In this document: positions 1-6,254 of the stretch, piece by piece
How positions within the stretch are numbered: the stretch's first letter is position 1
Layout: each line of letters starts with the position of its first letter
IMG/VR virus record: IMGVR_UViG_3300033076_000833
Coordinates: 1 to 32,871 of that record
Length of the DNA: 32,871 nt
Direction: 5' to 3' (one strand)
Source: a virus
Taxonomy: Duplodnaviria > Caudoviricetes
Program-made: the position numbers and the translations under genes
Notes under the pieces: model-generated
Database searches by the model: none
The model's input: the letters and a program-made list of their open reading frames with translations, nothing else
What the model was told of the DNA's origin: nothing

Positions 1-461
1 CGAAACAGGTCTGCCTTGCGCTGGGCCTGCTCGGCTACGAGCTGCAGCTCGCTTACCCAAACGACCTCGCACCATCCTCGGAAGTCCGCGCCTGCCTCGA
101 CCTGGAGTCGGATATGCCGCACGCTTTCGCGTAATGCCGCCCAGACGCTCGTGCTCTTGCCGATGCCGCTAAGGCCAAAGACGGACAGCGAAAAACCCGC
201 CTTGGGACGATTCTGTTCGAATACGACAGGTCGCCAGCTGTCGACCGTCGCGCGGAGCTTCGGGTCAAGTTTTCGCCACCATTCCGAGTCGCGCTTGGCA
301 AACGGCCAGTTTGGGACCGCTCCTGCCACCGATAAGCGCCATTCCTTAAGCCTTGCTAGCGCCTCGTCATGCTCGGCTTTCTTGGCTGCGTTTTCGTCTG
401 GCTGGAGCGCCTGTAGCTTTTCCAGCATTGCTGCAAAATCCATGTTTCCCATCTCGGACAT
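1..461 (-). CDS. DnaC/IstB-like P-loop ATPase, putative helicase loader (3' end runs off the window)
   Basis: Not in ORF track; translated by hand MSEMGNMDFAAMLEKL...SLSVFGLSGIGKSTSVWAA with Walker A GLSGIGKST; AGGAGG RBS at 471-466; directly downstream of the initiator. Confidence 0.75.
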   Translation of the reverse strand, partial: MSEMGNMDFAAMLEKLQALQPDENAAKKAEHDEALARLKEWRLSVAGAVPNWPFAKRDSEWWRKLDPKLRATVDSWRPVVFEQNRPKAGFSLSVFGLSGIGKSTSVWAALRESVRHIRLQVEAGADFRGWCEVVWVSELQLVAEQAQRKADLF

Positions 462-470
462 AAAACCTCC

Positions 471-1283
471 TCAGAGCTGGACCGTGCGCGACATGAGGTC
501 GGCAAGCCATGCGTCGTTATCCTCGCCTTCGCCTTGAACCGTCTTGCTGTTGGCTTTGCGTTGCGGTTGCACCTGGTCTTTGAGCTTCCATCCAAGGACC
601 TGCCGCAAGCGTCGCTCATTGGCTCCCGTTTCAGCCTCGGCAGCGGCAGCGGCGACAGCATCCTCGGCATGCTTGTCGGTCAGCTTCAGCGCCAGCGGAC
701 CAAGGCCACCGACAAGTCCTTCGGCAACGTCGGCATGATCGAGACCTGCGAACTTTTTGTTCGCAGCTAGAACGATGGCAAGGTGCTTCGCCTTCGGATC
801 ATCTGGCACACGAGCAGCCGCCTCGCTCGCGCGCGCTCTTTCTTTCTCATCTTTATTTATTTCTTTCTTTATTTCTTTACGTTCCGTGTAACTTTCATCC
901 GTTACACCTGAAACGGTGGCCGTTACATTAGGCGCCTGCTCAGCTTTCTGACGCTCTCGAAAGCGGCGAACGCGCTCGGTCGATGAGGTAACCGTGCCTT
1001 GCTGCTCGGCGTGACTCTGAAGAAGCCAGGATCCGTTTTCCAAAACGGCAATAAATCCGTCGCAAATTAGCTCGTGGACCAGCGTATGCGCGTCCTCGTT
1101 GGACATACGAAAAACGACGGCAGCCCATTCTGTTCCGCGCCGTCCTGGGTTAATGATGCCTTCGCGCGTCGCTTCTCCCTGCAGCAAACGATACAATCCA
1201 CGAGCTTGCCAGCTAAGGGTTTGCCAGGCTCCGCTTTCGCGCGGAAACACCTTGATCCAAGATTCCTTGGACCAATCAACCAT
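471..1283 (-). CDS. Phage replication initiator (lambda O/DnaD-like organisation)
   Basis: N-terminal WIKV...LSWQARGLYRLL segment, SSTERVRRFRERQK motif and KEIKKEINKD low-complexity linker typical of phage initiators; ATG 1283 overlaps upstream stop; followed by DnaC-like ATPase. Confidence 0.75.
   Translation of the reverse strand: MVDWSKESWIKVFPRESGAWQTLSWQARGLYRLLQGEATREGIINPGRRGTEWAAVVFRMSNEDAHTLVHELICDGFIAVLENGSWLLQSHAEQQGTVTSSTERVRRFRERQKAEQAPNVTATVSGVTDESYTERKEIKKEINKDEKERARASEAAARVPDDPKAKHLAIVLAANKKFAGLDHADVAEGLVGGLGPLALKLTDKHAEDAVAAAAAEAETGANERRLRQVLGWKLKDQVQPQRKANSKTVQGEGEDNDAWLADLMSRTVQL
839..930. other. Putative replication origin inside the initiator gene
   Basis: AT-rich strand-asymmetric tract 839-880 next to CCGTTACA x2 (899-906, 920-927) and inverted GTGTAAC/GTTACAC (886-892/901-907); same layout as lambda ori within O. 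Confidence 0.5.
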
Positions 1284-1497
1284 TGTCCACGTCCTTCGCG
1301 ATAAGCTTGCGAGAAGCTTTGCCAACAACCGCTGGCACCCAGCTTGGCGGCGTGGGAATCTTTAGCCGTTCACATGCGGCAATGACGCGCACATATGAAC
1401 CACGGAAAACGGGCTTTCCAGCGTAAATCTTGGCCAATGTGCCAGGGGCTACATCGGCATGGTAACAGAGGTCGCGTCGCTGTTCTTGATCGAGCAT
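1276..1497 (-). CDS. Small HTH-like DNA-binding protein
   Basis: RRDLCYHADVAPGTLAKIYAG resembles an XRE/Cro HTH; start reassigned to ATG 1497, just downstream of a promoter. Confidence 0.55.
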   Translation of the reverse strand: MLDQEQRRDLCYHADVAPGTLAKIYAGKPVFRGSYVRVIAACERLKIPTPPSWVPAVVGKASRKLIAKDVDNG

Positions 1498-1504
1498 GGC
1501 GCCG

Positions 1505-1533
1505 ATAGTATGCGCCAATGTTGAGACAGTCAA
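1505..1533 (-). promoter_or_regulatory. Sigma70-type promoter, probably leaderless transcript
   Basis: TTGACT-17bp-TACTAT, with 7 nt to ATG 1497 and no SD. Confidence 0.65.
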
Positions 1534-1536
1534 GAA

Positions 1537-1899
1537 TTAGTTTTCGCCATTCTTGGGCATCCCGATGCTGATTTCTACGCCAAGCTTTCCCTTGCGCTGG
1601 TCGTAGCACCATTCCCATCGGGATGACCCGTCGTCGATTCCAACCCACGCCGCTACCGCATCGCGAACAGCTTTTAGTGCGCCGCGCAGGTTATCGTCGT
1701 CGAGTCTTCGAGGCGACCTACGGACAAGCAAAACGCGCACAGCGCCAGCTTGGCGGAGCTCGTCCAGTACATGACCGTATTGACGCAGTGCCATCGTAAC
1801 AACCGCGCGCTGCATCTTGACGCGCCTGGCCTTGCGCGCCCAATGCTCGCGCTGATTCGCTTCGCTGACAGTCTGAAGCGACAGGTCGAGCTGGATCAC
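1537..1899 (-). CDS. RusA-like Holliday junction resolvase
   Basis: LDDDNLRGALKAVRDAVAAWVGIDD matches RusA-type DxDN..K...D.....DD pattern; GTG start overlaps upstream TGA (GTGA). Confidence 0.7.
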   Translation of the reverse strand: MIQLDLSLQTVSEANQREHWARKARRVKMQRAVVTMALRQYGHVLDELRQAGAVRVLLVRRSPRRLDDDNLRGALKAVRDAVAAWVGIDDGSSRWEWCYDQRKGKLGVEISIGMPKNGEN

Positions 1900-2117
1900 T
1901 TGCCCTGCCGTTTCAGCGCGCGCTTGCGTAGCCAGTTCATCACGGAACCGCTTGGATACGTTACGGGAATGGTGGCGCCTAGCGTCGTGCCATCGCTCGC
2001 GCAGACTTCGGCCCATCGTCTCTTGGTGCGCGCAAAGTCCTTCGATGCGTCAAGCGCGTCGTAGAGGTCCTCAAATTCAGCGACCATGCCAGTTTCGTCC
2101 CACACCTGGTAGTTCAT
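1896..2117 (-). CDS. Hypothetical protein
   Basis: 73 aa; 4-bp start/stop overlaps with both neighbours. Confidence 0.65.
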   Translation of the reverse strand: MNYQVWDETGMVAEFEDLYDALDASKDFARTKRRWAEVCASDGTTLGATIPVTYPSGSVMNWLRKRALKRQGK

Positions 2118-2377
2118 CGCTGGAATGGTCCAAGCTGCGCTAGGCGGTCAAATTCGGAACGCTCCTCGGCGTCCAACCAGCTCGACGCCGGAACAGCGCC
2201 ATCGGTCCATGCCTCCAGCGCCAGGGCACGAGCATGGCTCGGCCTGCTTTCGCCGCTGCACCAGTAGGTCGCGGTCGCAGGCGAAACGCCAAAAACACGC
2301 GCAAGCTCCCGCTGCGTAACATTTTTTGCATCAAGCCACGCGGCGAGCTTGGCGCTTGCAATCGTTTCATCAGCCAT
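2114..2377 (-). CDS. Cro-like XRE HTH transcriptional regulator
   Basis: TQRELARVFGVSPATATYWCSGESRPS...ALEAWTDGAV HTH; first gene of the leftward operon at the divergent junction. Confidence 0.85.
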   Translation of the reverse strand: MADETIASAKLAAWLDAKNVTQRELARVFGVSPATATYWCSGESRPSHARALALEAWTDGAVPASSWLDAEERSEFDRLAQLGPFQR

Positions 2378-2427
2378 TGCGGCTAACGTAACCGCTCGCG
2401 AAAAAGTTCGCCACGCTTAATTTTATC

Positions 2428-2458
2428 TTGGCCAGCGACGTTAACCGTGCTTAACATT
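2428..2458 (+). promoter_or_regulatory. Putative rightward promoter with operator motif
   Basis: TTGGCC-18bp-TAACAT; contains GTTAACCGTGCTTAACATT, matching the motif at 5131-5149. Confidence 0.5.
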
Positions 2459-2469
2459 GCTTCGCCAAC

Positions 2470-2679
2470 ATGAACCTCGCCAACTACAGCCCGACCATGC
2501 GCGTAGTCGTCATCGCATCGCGTAGCCGCCAAAATCTTGCGGAAAGGAATAGCCGCATCGTTTCGGAAAGACCGGCTGCAAACGGCATGGTGCCGGATGC
2601 GGTGCCGACTTCGCTCATCGTCGCGTTTATGGCGTTGAGCTTTGTGGCTGCAATCTACATCGACATTTTCACCAACTAA
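2470..2679 (+). CDS. Small putative membrane protein (start uncertain)
   Basis: C-terminal hydrophobic helix LIVAFMALSFVAAIYIDIF; first ORF after the rightward promoter. Confidence 0.5.
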   Translation: MNLANYSPTMRVVVIASRSRQNLAERNSRIVSERPAANGMVPDAVPTSLIVAFMALSFVAAIYIDIFTN

Positions 2680-2684
2680 AACCA
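2632..2684 (+). repeat. 53-bp exact direct repeat, copy 1
   Basis: GCGTTGAGCTTTGTGGCTGCAATCTACATCGACATTTTCACCAACTAAAACCA, identical to 2935-2987. Confidence 0.97.
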
Positions 2685-2726
2685 CGCTCGAGCGAGGCGA
2701 ACAATGTTGGATCTAACCGAATACGA

Positions 2727-2930
2727 ATGAGGCTACCTATGTGTAATGGTAAGTGTGCAGGTGCAAACAAGGATGAGCGTGTCACTACTATTGTGGCTGC
2801 TATAGCTAGTAATCCTGAGTTTATTCGGACAGTTGAGCGTAGGTATGGTACAGCGGGAGAAGCACCTAGCATGAAAGAGATTGCTACAGCTTTGCTTCAG
2901 CTAGAGGATTATCTGAGCCGGGGCGAGTAG
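2727..2930 (+). CDS. Low-GC hypothetical protein in repeat-flanked cassette
   Basis: 67 aa; about 46% GC by hand count over 2741-2910; many A/T-ending codons; followed by CGGGGC/GCCCCG hairpin. Confidence 0.6.
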   Translation: MRLPMCNGKCAGANKDERVTTIVAAIASNPEFIRTVERRYGTAGEAPSMKEIATALLQLEDYLSRGE

Positions 2931-2934
2931 CCCC

Positions 2935-2987
2935 GCGTTGAGCTTTGTGGCTGCAATCTACATCGACATTTTCACCAACTAAAACCA
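2935..2987 (+). repeat. 53-bp exact direct repeat, copy 2
   Basis: Identical to 2632-2684; its last base is the A of the ATG of the next gene. Confidence 0.97.
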
Positions 2988-3229
2988 TGAAAAACTATCA
3001 GCTCGCACTGGAACAGGAACCGTCCACCGCGCACGTCGATCCCATTTACTGGGACGTGTACGTTAGGGGCACGTTGCAACCAGTCATCGTTCGCGCTCGT
3101 CGCTGGTACGATGCTAGGCAGCGCGCCGCATCGTTCTACGGCACATATGTAAGGTTCAGCAGTATGGAGCTTGAGCCATCGTCGCCAGCTCCGCGCACGC
3201 AAATCCTTCGCGTTTTGGAGGCGCAATGA
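2987..3229 (+). CDS. Hypothetical protein
   Basis: 80 aa from ATG 2987; ATGA overlap with the exonuclease fusion gene. Confidence 0.65.
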   Translation: MKNYQLALEQEPSTAHVDPIYWDVYVRGTLQPVIVRARRWYDARQRAASFYGTYVRFSSMELEPSSPAPRTQILRVLEAQ

Positions 3230-4647
3230 CTCGCCTGCTCATCGTAGACTTCAGTGCCGTATTCTGGCGCAACTGGCACGCGTCGGCGGCTGAAGCTCTT
3301 ACGTTTGCCCGTCAGCGAACCGTAGAACAGGTACGCGCGCACGCTACGGGGTTTGACCACGTTGCCATTTGCTTGGATTCGTCCAACTGCTGGCGACGCG
3401 ATTTGTGGCCAGGATACAAGGCCACGCGTCCCGAAAAGGATGAAGCTGCGCTGGAACAAATGCGCCAGGCGCAATCGGACTTGGCGCAGATGCACCCGTG
3501 CTTAGCGCAAAAACGGTGGGAGGCTGACGACGTAATTGCGGACATCGTTAGCTATTTACCGCGCGACTGGACCGCCACAATTCTCAGCGCGGATAAGGAC
3601 CTGCTTCAGCTCCTATCGAATCGCGTCGGCATGTACCATATTGCGCAAAGCAGCTTAATCACTGCCGAATCGGCATCCGAAAAGCTCGGGCTTCCGCTGG
3701 CCAAGTTTGCCGACTACCTGGCGTTATGCGGCGACAAGTCGGACAACGTGCTCGGCGTCCACGGAGTTGGCCACAAGCGCGCCGTCGAGCTGCTTCAGAA
3801 GCACGGCAATATCGACGGCATTTACGCTGCATTCCACGAGGACGATGAGCAGTTTACGCCAGCTTTGCGAAAGGCGCTGCACGATGCAAAGTTGCGCGCA
3901 GATTGCCCTATCTCCATCGCGCGCGCGCTCGTCGAGCTGCCGTGTGCGGCCAGGCCGATTACCGACGAACCAAATCCGATCGAAACCATCACCAATTGGA
4001 AACCAACCAAGGAAACAATCACCGTGACAATTGAAGCAGATTTCGACGAGCCAGCCGTCGCCCCTCCAGCGGCAGACACCATCCCGCAAGCGCCTCCTGC
4101 ACCTCCCAGCGCCCCGCAGCGCGCGCTTGTAGCAGCGCCCCAAGACTGGGCGCGGCAGCTCGAGCCGACCGATAGCCGCAGCGCCTATGGACTGGCAAAG
4201 GTAGTCGTTGGATCGCGCATGTTCAGCGCATATGGCACGCCAGAGGCTGCCATGCTTGTCATCATGGCTGGTCGCGAGTTTGGGCTTGGCGCCATGGCTG
4301 CCCTGCGCTCATTTCACATCGTCGAAGGCAAGCCAACTATGTCGGCTCAGGCAATGATGGCTCGATGCTTGGAGCATCCATCGTGCAAGATGTTCCGCGT
4401 TGTTCGCGCCAAGTGCTCCAACGAACTGGCAACAGTCGAGGTCCAGCGCCATGGATGGTCGGAGCCTGAGGTCTACACCTGGGGCATTGAGGACGCCAAG
4501 CGCGCTGGGCTTGCGTCGCGACCAAACTGGTCGAAGTACCCGCGCGAGATGCTCATCAACCGCTGCATTGCGGAGGCTGCGCGTTTCGTCTGGCCTGAGG
4601 TCATGGCTGGCGTGTACAGTCCTGAGGAATTTGGAGGCGCATCGTGA
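3226..4647 (+). CDS. Fusion of 5'-3' exonuclease (PolI/FEN-type PIN + H3TH) and RecT/Redbeta-like single-strand annealing protein
   Basis: N-term LLIVD, WRR..YKATR, EADDVIA, SADKDLLQL, GDKSDNVLGVHGVGHKRA; Pro/Ala linker; C-term GREFGLGAMAALRSFHIVEGKP...DAKRAGL...WSKYPREML..R...AARFVWPEVMAGVYSPEE. Confidence 0.85.
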   Translation: MTRLLIVDFSAVFWRNWHASAAEALTFARQRTVEQVRAHATGFDHVAICLDSSNCWRRDLWPGYKATRPEKDEAALEQMRQAQSDLAQMHPCLAQKRWEADDVIADIVSYLPRDWTATILSADKDLLQLLSNRVGMYHIAQSSLITAESASEKLGLPLAKFADYLALCGDKSDNVLGVHGVGHKRAVELLQKHGNIDGIYAAFHEDDEQFTPALRKALHDAKLRADCPISIARALVELPCAARPITDEPNPIETITNWKPTKETITVTIEADFDEPAVAPPAADTIPQAPPAPPSAPQRALVAAPQDWARQLEPTDSRSAYGLAKVVVGSRMFSAYGTPEAAMLVIMAGREFGLGAMAALRSFHIVEGKPTMSAQAMMARCLEHPSCKMFRVVRAKCSNELATVEVQRHGWSEPEVYTWGIEDAKRAGLASRPNWSKYPREMLINRCIAEAARFVWPEVMAGVYSPEEFGGAS

Positions 4648-5042
4648 ACCGAGTTACGTTGTTTGGCACGCTCGGGCGCGACCCTGAGCTTAAGCAGGCT
4701 GGATCTGCATCGGTATTGCGTTTAAACCTCGCCACCAGCGAGCGTCGCAAAGACAAGGACGGAAACTGGAGCGATCACACTGAATGGCACACCGTTGTCG
4801 TTTGGGGAAAGCGAGCCGAGGCGCTGTCAAAGCTGCTGTCGAAGGGCTCGCAATGCCTGGTCGATGGCCAACTGCGCACAACGAGCTGGGAGAAGGACGG
4901 ACAGAAGCGGTATAAGACCGAGGTCAGCGCAACCGACGTTGAGCTTGTGCGTAAGCAGCGCGAACAGGCGACCGAGGCTCAAGCGGTAAGCAAGTACGCT
5001 GGAACATTCGACTCGCTGGACAATGACGACCTGCCGTTTTAA
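4644..5042 (+). CDS. ssb: Single-stranded DNA-binding protein
   Basis: MNRVTLFGTLGRDPE...TEWHTVVVWG...DGQLRTTSWEKDGQKRYKTEV, acidic tail DDLPF. Confidence 0.97.
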   Translation: MNRVTLFGTLGRDPELKQAGSASVLRLNLATSERRKDKDGNWSDHTEWHTVVVWGKRAEALSKLLSKGSQCLVDGQLRTTSWEKDGQKRYKTEVSATDVELVRKQREQATEAQAVSKYAGTFDSLDNDDLPF

Positions 5043-5070
5043 GCTCTGAACGTCATCGGGCATGGACCAG

Positions 5071-5108
5071 GCGGGCTGCGTAACACGATACGCGGCCCGT
5101 CTTTTTTT
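5071..5108 (+). terminator. Rho-independent terminator after ssb
   Basis: 12-bp GC-rich stem GCGGGCTGCGTA/TACGCGGCCCGT (two G-U pairs), 6-nt loop, then C and T7. Confidence 0.85.
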
Positions 5109-5119
5109 GTGCGCTGTTC

Positions 5120-5149
5120 TTGACCTGGCAGTTAACTGCGGTTAACTTT
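5120..5149 (+). promoter_or_regulatory. Sigma70-type promoter with palindromic operator, probably leaderless
   Basis: TTGACC-17bp-TAACTT, 6 nt to ATG 5155; AGTTAAC-TGCG-GTTAACT inverted repeat overlaps spacer and -10. Confidence 0.65.
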
Positions 5150-5154
5150 GCCGC

Positions 5155-5355
5155 ATGACCAAGACCGACAAAACAACCATTCACGATTTGGCCTGGGAAT
5201 TTATTGAGCTTGGCGTTGCCGTCGATGCTAGAGCAGTTGCGTTTCACCTTGCCGCGTCTGGCGTAAAAATCGACGCTGAGACGGTCGCTTACATGGTTCG
5301 TCGGCTGCGTGTTGAGCAGGCAAAGCGCGGCCAGTGGGGACAGGTGAAGCTATGA
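5155..5355 (+). CDS. Hypothetical protein
   Basis: 66 aa; directly after promoter; ATGA overlap with next gene. Confidence 0.65.
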   Translation: MTKTDKTTIHDLAWEFIELGVAVDARAVAFHLAASGVKIDAETVAYMVRRLRVEQAKRGQWGQVKL

Positions 5356-5648
5356 AGCTCGCGCAGTTCCTCGAATTTCTGCCGTTCGCGTCCGACTATA
5401 TGACGCTAAACGTGCCGTCTGAGTACGACCAGTTTACCGTCGAGCTTTGCTACAACTACGACGATTACGGATGGTGTGAGCTCCGTGTATTCGTGCCGCG
5501 CCGAGGCGGTTGGCGCGAAATTAAACCAAGCGCCATAGCTATGCGCACCATTGAGCGCGCGCTGAACGAGGAACAGGATGAGTTGGCCAGCTTTGTTCGA
5601 TCCTGCAATCGGCGTCCTTACCTCGCTAGTAAGCTTGGACTCATCTAG
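5352..5648 (+). CDS. Hypothetical protein
   Basis: 98 aa from coupled ATG 5352 (MKLAQFLEF...). Confidence 0.6.
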   Translation: MKLAQFLEFLPFASDYMTLNVPSEYDQFTVELCYNYDDYGWCELRVFVPRRGGWREIKPSAIAMRTIERALNEEQDELASFVRSCNRRPYLASKLGLI

Positions 5649-6165
5649 CTGCCCGTCCGACATGGTTCGCGCCACGCAGGACGTTTGCATCGAGCGCCTT
5701 GCGTGGCCTGGCTATGACCGTCCCATGCTTGGTATCAGCGCGCTGCCTGAGTCGTACCTTGGACTAGATGGCGAAACATGGGACGCAGAGGCGCTTTGCG
5801 CTTCTCGTGGCCGTCGCGTCTGCCAGCTCAGCGAATGGCGCTCGGCGTGCGCTGGCACCAAGCGTGACGCATGCGGAAAGCTCGTGCCGTATCGTGCACC
5901 GTCGTGGCACCTCGTGGCGTCTCGTGACGCTCAAGAGCTGCTGCGTCTCGACCAATACCCCGACGCTGACGAGCTTGTTGCCTGCGTCGGAACAACTGGC
6001 GCGGTGGGCATGCTTGCTGCCGAGGAATGGGTACGCGTTGGCGAAAGCTACGCGCTCACGGCTGCCTACTGGTCGCGAGCTGGTGAATGTAACGACATCA
6101 TAACGTCCCATTCGCCAGCGTGGCACGACTACGCATCGACCGTTCGTTGCTGTATCGACCTATGA
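5578..6165 (+). CDS. Cys-rich FGE-sulfatase (SUMF1-like, C-type lectin fold) domain protein
   Basis: CPSDMV...VCIE...WDAEALCASRGRRVCQLSEWRSAC...CVGTTGAVGM...EEW...HDYASTVRCC follows the myxobacterial SUMF1-family pattern. Confidence 0.65.
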   Translation: MSWPALFDPAIGVLTSLVSLDSSSCPSDMVRATQDVCIERLAWPGYDRPMLGISALPESYLGLDGETWDAEALCASRGRRVCQLSEWRSACAGTKRDACGKLVPYRAPSWHLVASRDAQELLRLDQYPDADELVACVGTTGAVGMLAAEEWVRVGESYALTAAYWSRAGECNDIITSHSPAWHDYASTVRCCIDL

Positions 6166-6254
6166 ATTGCTCGTGCAAACGCTGCAAACCTCGCGACAAT
6201 GACGCGGTTGTCATCGTCGCTTTTCTGGTCCTGCTACTTTTGTTGACCCTATGA
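6162..6254 (+). CDS. 30-aa membrane peptide with CxCxxC
   Basis: MNCSCKRCKPRDNDAVVIVAFLVLLLLLTL; ATGA overlaps at both ends; below ORF-track cutoff. Confidence 0.6.
   Translation: MNCSCKRCKPRDNDAVVIVAFLVLLLLLTL

Noticed and set aside
16-537. 173-aa plus-strand ORF
   Set aside because: Antisense to the Walker A-containing minus-strand gene, which has a strong RBS
2632-2987. CRISPR array or integron attC cassette
   Set aside because: Only two repeats, 53 bp long with a 250-bp spacer, non-palindromic; no cas or intI gene
3226-4647. DNA polymerase I (polA)
   Set aside because: Only the 5'-3' exonuclease domain is present; no 3'-5' exonuclease or polymerase motifs
5578-6165. Diversity-generating retroelement targeting the C-type-lectin/FGE-fold gene
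   Set aside because: No reverse transcriptase and no template repeat of its 3' end seen in the window; only a 13-bp match near 7680, compatible with chance
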